Position numbers and translations under genes: made by a program. The notes under the pieces are model-generated. The model was not told the origin of the DNA, did no database searches, and worked only from the letters and a program-made list of their open reading frames with translations. 64,000 nucleotides of DNA from Convolutriloba macropyga (lineage: Eukaryota): NCBI RefSeq assembly GCF_964194025.1, contig NC_134470.1:46562001-46626000 (forward strand), in the 5' to 3' direction. Positions 13,156-23,457 of this stretch are shown here, in pieces. The first letter of the stretch is position 1. The number at the start of each line of letters is the position of its first letter.

Positions 13156-14453
13156 TTTTTCCTAAATTGTTAAAGAATAAAATGAGGAGGTATTTAGTTG
13201 TCTGAGACCACAATATAAACAATTCTAGGAACTACTCCAAAAAAACTAACCTTAAATACTTTTTTCTATACACAGTATTTAGCCTATATACAACTCATAT
13301 TTACATCTGTTGTCAATTTCTTTAAAAAACATTCCTCTTCCGGAATTTTTGATTTTGGCCATGTTGTTTCTTTTATCTAGGGTTATTCCAAATTTGCCCT
13401 AACCCTAAATATTGTTTTTGTGGAAGTCTTGCAAATTTCGTTTTGTTATGCACAAAATGTTTTTTGCACTCTGTATCTTTATCTAGTCAAAATTATAATT
13501 TGAACTAAAATTTTAGCAAGATTTCTCACCCCTTAAATTCATTACGTGTGTTTGGAGCCGGCTTCAGCTTGTCGATGTATATAGCTTCGATAGTCTCTAG
13601 CTTTTATACTGTCCTACAGGCGTCCAGTATTTTCCTTTTAATGTTATATGTGGCGCCACAACATTCAACCAGACGTTGTCCCACCTATGAATCCTTCTTT
13701 TGATGATGTGATATTCTTGTGGTAAAATGCCCAAAATCGAAGGGTCCGCATCCATTACATTTTATCTCATATACCGCGTGGGACTTCAGGTGTCTATCGA
13801 AGGATTATTTCAGGATGGGTAGGCAGGATGCTAATTTTCGCGTTATAAGATTCAATTCAAATTTGCATAGTTTTTTCAATTTTCTTGCAAAATTCTGAGT
13901 AAGGTTGCCTCTGTATTGTAAAAAAATAGTAAGCTTATCATGAGATCTAGTTTTGCTTTTTTGATGCTCCTTTGGTGTGGTTCTCAACTGGTCTTAACTT
14001 CCACTTATTATCTTTTCACAAGTCTGGTTAACTAATTTTGAAGACCATTCGTCTTTGTACTGATTTTTGGTCCAGCAAGTTTTGTTCTCCTCAAGAGCCT
14101 GGTCGAAGGCCAGCCAAAAAGATGTTGCCTTTGAAACCCTGTGAACCGTCCCTTGATTCAAATTTTTCTTGTGCTGAAGCGGTGCAAAGCTGCCAAAATT
14201 CAATATTACTCCAGTGTCAGTTGGTTTTTGAAACCAGTGATAGGTGACATTACTTTTGCTGATCACATTTACTTCAATGTCAAGAAAAGCCAAATTCCAC
14301 GTTAACTTTTTCTAAGGTAAATGGCAGGTTGTTTTGTAATGAATTTGCAAATTTTAAGCACTCGTCTGTGTCACCACGAACCGTGCAGATAATATCATCC
14401 ACATACCTTTTAAACAATTTCATATCAAGCAGCCCTACTGTCTGTTGATTGCT

Positions 14454-14600
14454 TCAATAAGTACAAATCCAAACAACATCCTGCATTTTGGCGTATTCCT
14501 CATTACTTATCTTTTGGCATTTTGCATGAAACCAGTTTTTGCATGACTCACATTCTACTCCTCTTCCTCGGAAAGTCACTCTCCGGTTACAGTCTTTGCA
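14454..14600 (-). other. PHD finger domain inserted in the PLE reverse transcriptase
   Basis: C-KD-C-x12-C-ES-C-KNWF-H-AK-C-x15-W-I-C-TY-(TGA): C4-H-C3 pattern with the conserved W before the last CxxC; the last ligand codon is TGA. Confidence 0.9.
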
Positions 14601-17329
14601 CTTCCGGTTTCGGTGGGATCTGGAGATGTTTTCGCCGAGCCCTGGTTTTTGCAGTGATGCATCAAACGATTTCATCCACACGTTTGCTAGTTTTACAGCC
14701 AGTGATGCACCCATAGCCAGACTATCTGATTGTACATACCAGATCATGTTACATTTAAAAATCAACATTTGTCACCGCAAGCTTAAACAAACCTTTCATT
14801 GCGGACCTTGGGATCTCTGGAGCTAGGTTGCTTGAATAGAGTTCTCAAAGAGCAGTTTTATAGCCTCTCCAACCGGCACGTTGGTGTATAATTTTTTAAT
14901 GTGAAGTGATACTATCTGCTCGTTATCTTCAAGAGAGATAGAGATAGACGCTGAGGCCTTTCTAGCATCTGGCGTGTTGGTTCCAATGTTTGCACCTTGT
15001 AGTTTCACTCTGTTAGCTAAATTATCTAGCTTAAGCATGAGGACACCTTTTATTTACATTGGCTGAGGACTGAAAGTGTTAATAGATATTCTTAATTAAA
15101 GTATGCATTTTTATGTAGAAGCGCTGTGTTGTGGACAAATTATATGCAATAAGGATTCCACGAATAAATTATTAGTAAATCTTAAATTATATTGTATTGA
15201 TATGAGTGCATGAAATATTTTTAGCTTACTTAAATAGAAAAGTAAGACAGAAGAGATAGAGGAAAGCTACTTGAAATTTTTAGTGTAGTTTGTTTTGGAG
15301 CAAGTAGAGGGGTAGAACCACTTGGACAACCACTAAACCAACAGGACATCCGAAGACCTGAAATATAAATGAATTAATGATTTTTGTGGAGACAACTATT
15401 TAGTTCAAACAAACTGTATATAAGAGTCTTGTGAGAATTTTTTTGAAAATTTTAAGATGTTTGTTTTTCTACCACGTCTTGTTGACCTGAAGGCAATGGT
15501 TTTACGCTAAGTGGATATTTATTTCAAATCAAGAGTGTTGGAAGCAAGTTGGAATTGGAATATTTAATTGGATGTTTTGTTAAGATTGTGAGTGAATTGA
15601 AATTGTATTAAATTTTCTGATCGAAGTAGGTCGGGCAACTTTTATTGCTTCGTATTAGTTATGGTTTGAGGTAATCAGGTTAAGTGCGGTTTTTTTAGTG
15701 GGAGGATCTATTCAGTTGCACTTATGTTGTAAAATGATCAATGCTCTTTTGGGAATTAAAATGAATTTCCAATCTGATTATTTTTCGCATTCAATGGCCC
15801 TCCTAAGTCATTAACTGGCGTTGTATACATTAATTTCCTATTTCGATTTAAATTTAAACAGTTTGTCGAACTAATAATAAATAGATTATCAATTAAATTC
15901 ATAATGTCCCCAGGTTTTGATGCCCCAGATCAACCATAATGATTTGTGGGCTATAAATGTTGTAAAGTGCTGTGATAACTGATTGCTTGTATCATCATTG
16001 GGAAAGTGCATTCCCATTTGAAGCTGTTCTAATTGCCATAATTATGCAATTTAGTCAGTAACTGTTTCATATATTTGCCAAAGTCACACATGCTGGACTA
16101 TTTTCCCCATGAATTCAATCACATTAGAACAAATCGATGTAATGTAGTTTTGAACTGTTTGCTGCGTGCCAACTACACTTTGCCTTCAGCATTTTTCCTC
16201 CTTTTGTTAGTTAGAGTCTAGCTGGAGAGACTGGCTTGTTGTTGTTATGCTCATTCTCTCTGGCTCTTGTTTGGTAAAAATGGAATTAACAAAGAGCGTG
16301 TGTGCTTGAACGAATGAAGAATGAATGAAACCATTAAGTTTATATCAAGACTACGACTTAACAACTAACACTGGACTATTGCAAGTATCCTTACCAGTTA
16401 TTAGATTCCTTTTTGTTCAAAATATTCCGATTGGTTGTTTGTTGTTGCTTATTTAGTTTGTTGGTTAGTGCCGCTATCACCACTACCTCAACTAATTCTA
16501 CTACAACTGCTTTTTACTACTAGTACTAATAGTAGTGGTAGTTGTATTATTGACTTCCATAGCATTATTGAGGCTGTTTTGTGGCGGTGTTGGTAATATA
16601 CGCCGTCTGTCAAGCGTGCTACTCTCCAAATGGAACCCTTGATATGCAGAAGTGGAATTTGAGGGAATACAATCCCCCACTGATAATGTCCTTCATTACT
16701 TTGTTCATTAAACAAAACAGCATTATATCATTACTTGTTTAGTCTCAACTTTGAATTTCACTCCTAATATGGATACATTTATTGAGTTTTATGTTTCAAA
16801 AAATAGTTTGCTCGTATTCAGTTCAATAATCCAACTGACATCGTTCTTTATGCCTCCACTAAGGCTATCAAACTGTGGAAAGACTGGCTCAAAACGTTCA
16901 AAGCTAATCTGTCGATGTTATGCAACTAGCTAATTTTTGTATCTGGTACAATTACATATTGAGGGAAATATTGCTACAGTTTGAACACCATATGTATCAA
17001 AGTTCAAACAGTGTCACTTTTTAAAATGAAATTAATTAAATTTTGCCAACATTTTCCTGGTTAAATGACTGCTCTATCCAAGCTACAAAAGACCTGATTT
17101 GAGACCACTTGTGTTTTATTACTACTGCTCAGATGCACAATTAATCCAACTTTTCCTCAGATGTGTCAAAAATGCGATTTGCCCAAGAGAAAAAGAAAGA
17201 AATCTGATTTTATACCAATTTCAATTAAACATTTGTCTGCAACATCAGATTTCATTTTACAGGAAATTTCTTAGTTTTCTTACGCGCTCAGTAAAGTCGA
17301 GCTAATTCAGCGCATTGTTAGTTGTGAAC

Positions 17330-19300
17330 GATGATCCGGAGAACGGCCGACCCATCGACCGGCGATAGTTATAACTACCCCAACATAACAGACAGATTGG
17401 TGGGCAGGCACTACCACAGGTATGTTGCAGATAATCACCGCAGCGCCTCTTAATAGGGCACATTTTTCTGTCATAAAATCAATTCAGCTCTATTGAAGAA
17501 AATTTAGCTCGATGGTTGGTATCTGTTGAATATTGAAGCTTTTGAATTTTATTTCTAGCTAAATACAAATAACATAAAAGAACTGAATTACCTTTGATTA
17601 AAAAAAAAAAAAAAGAAAACATTGAATTCCAAAATGTTACACACCTAAAAGTGTCAACAAAATGGCAATGTACAAGTTCTAAAATACATAAAACAATAAG
17701 AAAATATTTTATTTACAACGTTTGGAATACTAAAAACATAAAAATAAATATATTAGAAAATAAGGAAATTAAAAACAATGAAAACTTAAAAAAGGTCCCT
17801 CAACAAATCTCTGTATTCCAACGCCTTTGGGTCCTTCAGATATTCCTTGAAATAGAATTCTTTCAAAAAACCTTTGATGTTCTTAACATTATCGAGTTTT
17901 TGTCTTTGTTCATATGGAACTTCATTGTACAATTTCATGGCTTGCAGCATCAATGATTTATCGAGGAATTCCGAATTACTTTTCACAGCCGGATAAATTT
18001 TTCCCGTTCTCGCATTCTGGTTACAATTAGAAGTTTGCAATAAATTGTTGTTACTAAAAGCTGGCAATTGTTTCCTAATATATTTCAAGAAAAAAACCAT
18101 ACATCGATATTTGAGAAGGAATTCAACAGGCATGATTCTGTTTTTTATTTTTAAATCAGTCGAGCGATCATACTTTTTTCTTTTGAAACACACTTTTATT
18201 CCCCAATTAAGTTGTTTTTCTAATGTTATCATGAGATTTTTTCTGATACCAACGAGCATAAGAGATGAGTATTGAATGTGACTTAAAACAAGAGCGTTCA
18301 ATAGTGTTACTCTAGTTTTTATAGGAAAACAGTTCCTTATATCTTTCAAGATTTTGATGCTGCACGCCATTCTGGAGAGTATTCTTTTGGTCTCTTCTTT
18401 AAAGTTTAATTTGTTGTCTAATATTATTCCTAGATATTTTACCGACGAAGTTTCTTCTATGTTCACATTGTTAACATTTAGATAAGACGGAGTTCGTGCT
18501 TTTTTTGATGGAGCAAACACGATATATTCTGTCTTCTTATTGTTCATCATTAATTGATGTGATTGGAAGTAATAACATAGTTTTTCAATATTTTTTTCCA
18601 AATAACTTCTGGCTATATTTTCTTTAGTATGAGAAGAATAGAGGAAAGTGTCATCGGCGTACTGGATTACTTGACAATTGTTATTATCAATAGCTCTATG
18701 AAGATCATTCACATAAATGTTGAACAATATTGGTCCTAATACTGTCCCTTGCGGCACTCCTCTGTTAAGTAAAATCCAGTCGGACTCATTTCCCGAGAAA
18801 ACTACTTTTTGAGTTCTGTCTTTCAAATATGATCTAATCAATTGTGTAGATGTTCCGTCGAATCCTAAACATTTCAATTTTTCTATTAGTATTTCGTGTG
18901 AGATTGAGTCAAATGCTTTTGAGAGATCGAGGAATGCTCCACAAACAGTATTCTTTTTATCCATTTCGGTTCGTACATATTCCGTACATTGTAGTATGGC
19001 ATCTGTTGTGGACACTTTTTTCCTATATCCAAATTGTTTAGGTGACAGCAAGTTATTTGAGATCAAATAGTCATTAATTTGGTTCCTTATAACTTGTTCA
19101 AAAATTTTTGCCAATGCGCCGGTTACCGATATTGGGCGATAGTTAGTGGGATCTTCTGTGTTTCCTTTTTTATAAAGAGGTGAGACCAAAGCTTTTTTGA
19201 GGTCAGTCGGAAAAGAAGACTCAGAAGTAAACTCATTTATCAGAAAACAGAGAGGCTCCGCAAGGACCGATTGGGCATCTTTCAACGCCCATGCGGGAAT
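17330..19300 (-). mobile_element. 5'-truncated LINE insertion (young copy) including probable 3' UTR
   Basis: Intact RT ORF; U-rich 3' UTR followed by a GC-rich hairpin-forming segment at ~17335-17460. The 3' boundary is approximate and no TSD was identified. Confidence 0.8.
17786..19285 (-). CDS. Reverse transcriptase of a CR1/L2-group non-LTR retrotransposon (ORF2 C-terminal part, 5'-truncated, frame intact)
   Basis: 499-aa open frame with PLYKKG..NYRPIS, QFGYR..ST, FLDLSKAFD, GVPQGTVLGP, QYADDT, KYLGIILD. The frame extends upstream to ADIPAWALKD; no APE domain is present. Confidence 0.95.
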   Translation of the reverse strand: MKDAQSVLAEPLCFLINEFTSESSFPTDLKKALVSPLYKKGNTEDPTNYRPISVTGALAKIFEQVIRNQINDYLISNNLLSPKQFGYRKKVSTTDAILQCTEYVRTEMDKKNTVCGAFLDLSKAFDSISHEILIEKLKCLGFDGTSTQLIRSYLKDRTQKVVFSGNESDWILLNRGVPQGTVLGPILFNIYVNDLHRAIDNNNCQVIQYADDTFLYSSHTKENIARSYLEKNIEKLCYYFQSHQLMMNNKKTEYIVFAPSKKARTPSYLNVNNVNIEETSSVKYLGIILDNKLNFKEETKRILSRMACSIKILKDIRNCFPIKTRVTLLNALVLSHIQYSSLMLVGIRKNLMITLEKQLNWGIKVCFKRKKYDRSTDLKIKNRIMPVEFLLKYRCMVFFLKYIRKQLPAFSNNNLLQTSNCNQNARTGKIYPAVKSNSEFLDKSLMLQAMKLYNEVPYEQRQKLDNVKNIKGFLKEFYFKEYLKDPKALEYRDLLRDLF

Positions 19301-19370
19301 ATCTGCACTGCTGAAGGACTATCTGCACTAAGGACTATCTGCACTGCTGAAGAGCTCTTCGACTGTGATT

Positions 19371-22300
19371 TTAAATTTAAATGTAGCGGGAGTATAATTT
19401 GATAGGAGCATGAAATAATATTATTCATATAACTGGTGATGTAAATACGATATTTAATTGCTCTCGAACGAAGTTAGTTTTTGTAAACGTGTGTGCCCTT
19501 TTCAGAGCAAAACATTTGCTTTACCGTTTTGTTCTTGAACAGTCTCTCGATTTCACTTCTCGAGTGACTACTTGATTTCTGCGTGACCTAAATTGCTCTT
19601 ATTCAGAAATTACGTCTTTTAATGCGAGGTCTATCCGCGTGATCAATGCGAACCCTTCCTTAGTCGGAAGTTTCTTCACAAAAAAACTAGGTTAACAGCC
19701 TTCTCTCTATTAATTGTGCCTGTCTTCCGAAAGCCGTTTTTACGAATGAGTCGCTTTGTTTGTAATCAATGATGATGAAAAGTATGACCAGTTGCAACTG
19801 GTTCAATAAATTTACAATCAATAATAATCATTTTGTGTTAGATAATTATCGCGTATTTTAATTATTCAACTTCTGCTACTTACCGACACATATCGCTTTT
19901 ATCCTAGGATACTACTGCGGGATCGTCTAGACTCCCATAAAGAGCAGCGTTGCATAAAATTTGCAAAGAGTATTCAATTGATCAATTGGTTTCATCGCCT
20001 GGTCTTATTGGCGTGATATGAAGAAAGTGATATTAACACATCATTCACATATCTTTTAATAGAAATAATAATAATAAAAATAAACTCAAACCAAACATGG
20101 TTTCCACCATCTTGGTTTTGACTCACTTAGGGGAGGTTCTGTTTTTTAATGGTGATATTGGGACAAAAGTGATTACTATATCCCGTCAAATACACCTCAA
20201 ACAGCCGCTGGATTAAGTTCAAAAATGTTTGCATTTGTTAGAATGTCGCAATAATCATCAATTACCTAAAATTTGTCATTGGATATCGTTAACTTGAATA
20301 ACAGTAAAAAAACTCCAAGCCACTAACACTTTAAACCGTTTTTTTTTGTGTATCGATGTTCCTTCGACACTGGTGTTTAATTTTCGCTAGTTTGAACTTG
20401 CTTTAAGTATCTGGAGAAATTTACTCCCGAAAGATAAAATCTGTTCTTAAAAAATGACCAACTGTTTCAGCTTATTGTATTACATCTTCCGTGAAAGATA
20501 GTCTTCTTTTGCTCATAAACATAACTTGTTGAATTGAAGGCGATTATTTTATCAGAAAAACTGGATAATCTAACTGAAATGCAAAGCTTTACAGAAAAAC
20601 AGCTGAAGCGTATTAACGCAAGTTAATACATCGCGGAGTTGATAAGTTCAGCAGTTGAATCTGAGATCATTATGGCTGTTTGCAGCAATAGAATAGCTTA
20701 GATGATCAGATGCTATAAGATAAACACTATGGCTGCAAACAAGACTTTCTAGCATATAATTTCTTGTCGCAACAAAAAATTGTTTGAAAAAGACTTTGAG
20801 GAGCAGAACTTTGGAGGAATTCTTTAGAAAGCACACAATACGAAGAATTTTTTAGCCTAGTCAACTGTATTGGTTTTGTAAATTCATTTTTCTAAAAGCT
20901 AAGCAAAAATTTCAATCCCAGATTTATAATTTGTATGTTTTTTGCTTAAACGACATTGAATCAAATTCACTAACAAACGTCGGTTGTTTCTTTTACTTTT
21001 ATCAAATTGTAGCCTCTGGATTTATTTCGTTTTTTCCCATTTAAACGTAAACTAAATGAACAACCGTTGATACAAGACTGCTATTTTTTTCAGTCGAAAA
21101 ACAATCAACATTACCAATTAAAAAACGCAGGGTACTTGATTTTGATGCAGAAAAGAACACCCATCAAAATCCAGACTTTTTGTCACAGAACAGGTTACAT
21201 TGAGACCTTTTCAAGTTCAGAGTTTTTGTGGTGGAAGGAAATCGTGGAGAAGGTTTCAACCATCAAATTTTTGCTCACATTTTTTTCATCATCAATGAGT
21301 ATAGTATACACATATTAAATCTAATTAACGTGATTCTCGAATCAATTCTCTAAATTTTGTATTAATAGTTTACTCGCGTTGAAAACCTTAAAATTATTCA
21401 GAATTTATTTTGACGTTTGATTTTTTCCTGTGTGATTTCCTTGTCTTTTTTTTCACCACGCAAGAGTTATAATTTTTTAATTCGAAATTTTAATTCAGTT
21501 TTGTTTGAACAGAGGAATTTATCATAAAAATCCAGGTTTAGCTGTTTGCCCTTTTTCGGTTTTTGGAAGGAAAATTTCCCTTTAAAATTTAATGATTTTG
21601 ATAGTCTGAATAGTTGAATTAATGATTCTTACTTGGAAAAGTGTTCATTTAGAGTTTTACTGAAGGCAGCTGGAAAACGCTTCTAATAGACCGCGGACTT
21701 TGTTTCATTGAGCTGAAATGCCCCCATTATTGTTAATTTTGCTGAACTTTCTTGTTGGGGTTTAATAAGTGGGAATGTCTTCGATGAATCGAGTAGTTTT
21801 TGGTTATCTCGTCTTTTTCAAAAGATTTTGGCTAACGTTCTGTTCACGCTCTCGTTATAAAAGCTTTTCAATTTATTCACACAGTTTGTCAACTGCCTTC
21901 CGGTTGTGGTTGTGTTGTTTCTGCTCTTACGGTGACCAGTTTTTCCTGCTCATTCTCTGAAAAATTTTGCATGTGTAATTTTCAAATTCAGCTGTTTGTT
22001 CCTGTTGTTTGGGCAAAGTTGTAAAAAACATGATTTTAATTTATGTTCAACTACACATGTCGCACACAAGATTTTTAGCCCGAAGTCTAGAAATTTCCGC
22101 TGTTCTTTATTTTCTTTTAATTTAGGTTATCTCTAAGGGATGGCTTATTTGATCATGGTTGATTTTTAGCCATTATTGGTCCTGTGGTGATTTTCGCCTG
22201 ATCTGTTTTTTGTCTGACATTTTGACTTTTTGTAGCTTGACTTCAAGTTTTCGTGGGTGACTTTATTAACTCTCGTTCCGAATTAAAGCAGCTAACTTTA

Positions 22301-23015
22301 ATAAAAAGCAGTTTACTCCTAAAAGTCAATTAAAAATGTTTCAAAATTGGTTTCATTTTAAATCTTCGAATTGACCTATGATTGAAGTTGTAATACCATG
22401 ATTTTAGTCCCTATTTGTTACTTGGCTTACTCTGCCTTATGTAACGAACATTTGTAACATTATACACCCTCCCTTATCTGATCTCGCCTGTCATGTGGCA
22501 GTTTTTCAAACGATAATAGTCTGATGTGTTTTCTAGTTGTACTGGAGCATTTTTGCTGTTTCCTCTTTTGCCTCTGCTGCTTGTCTTTTTTTCAAAGTAA
22601 ATTTCTGTGAGCCCATAAATCGGTTTGGCTTTTGGCAAGAAGATTTTTGAATTTATCTGCTTAAAAGCTTTGTCTGAGTTGTACTTGGCGCTTATGTTGA
22701 GATACATTTTTTAAAAAAAACAGAGGTTAAAACGAATGTGGTCTGAAATTGGTTTTCTTGGACTTTTTTTCTGCTGTTTTCAAACTAATGATATTGCTGT
22801 AACTTTTCCGGTAGATTTCATTATCAGGTGGAAGTCCATTATCATTTGTTGTACTCTAGATGCTTTCCTTCGGTAAGACTAGGTAGATAGCAAATCCCTG
22901 AGTTAAACTGAACATGGTCAAATTGATTTTGAGTGTCCTTTTTACAGAGGGTACATATTCTGTTAAATTTGCTCTGAACTCGGTTTATTTGCTGTCTCCT
23001 GGAGCCAAATGTTCC
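19371..23015 (+). repeat. Tandem segmental duplication, copy 1
   Basis: Colinear with 23458-26670 along its length (e.g. GATAGGAGCATG, TGTGTGCCC, GATGATGAAAAGTATGA, CAACCGTTGATACAAGACTGC, GGAGCCAAATGTTCCT). Copy 1 has ~330 extra bp at ~20545-20870. Confidence 0.95.
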
Positions 23016-23084
23016 TGTTTATAAGTTTGTTTTTTCGACCCCTGTTGAGGGGGGAAGAACTAAGCTCAAATATGTTTTTTTTGT

Positions 23085-23360
23085 TCAATCAATTTTGACC
23101 GAGCGATATTTTCATCGTAGAGAGTTGTGAGTGGTATCAATAAAAAGTCCAGCTTAGAATATGGAATTAAAAAGATGTTTTTGAATTTCGTTTTCTAGAG
23201 CGAGTTATCGTGGTTTAAATTTTTGTGAATGTTAAAGATTTGCGTTGCGTTATTTTTTTTACGCATTTTCTGGAATTTTACCCGAAATTTCGTCAATTTT
23301 GCTATAAATGCAAAAATTGTTAACAATAGTCCTGTTGATTTTATTTTTAAAGACGAAAAA
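23085..23360 (+). repeat. Dispersed repeat (second copy ~29210-29470)
   Basis: Shared TCAATTTT..CCGA.CGATAT..TTGTGAGTGGTATCA and AAAATTGTTAAC.ATAGTC motifs. Confidence 0.6.
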
Positions 23361-23457
23361 GTATGCTTTATTATTTTATATTTTTTTGCCCGAAGTAAGC
23401 TTCTTTAGTCCCATTTGATAAAATTTGCCGGAAGTACACACCCAAATACAATCTACA

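Larger units (their letters stand above)
12940..15000 (-). mobile_element. 5'-truncated Penelope-like element (RT with internal PHD finger + C-terminal GIY-YIG endonuclease), decayed
   Basis: VSLHIKKLYTNVP (motif A, D>H, ~14874-14912); YVQSDSLAMGASLAVKLANVWM (motif B'); PHD finger; KLFKRYVDDII (YVDD at 14394-14405); AFLDIEV and WFQKPTDTG..LNF.S..P..HK (PLE thumb region); KSHAVYEIKCNGC...RISHH...LETIEAIYI..LKP..N (GIY-YIG, ~13520-13790). Boundaries are inferred from the split of an older repeat whose uninterrupted copy is at ~11355-11550. Confidence 0.9.

Noticed and set aside
13397-13409. CCCTAACCCTAA telomere-like repeat in the PLE 3' region
   Set aside because: Only two units; expected by chance.
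17599-17614. Poly(A) run near the LINE
   Set aside because: It is on the + strand, so it is a U-tract within the minus-strand 3' UTR, not the element's tail.
17594-19041. Plus-strand ORFs overlapping the LINE RT
   Set aside because: Antisense shadows without motifs.
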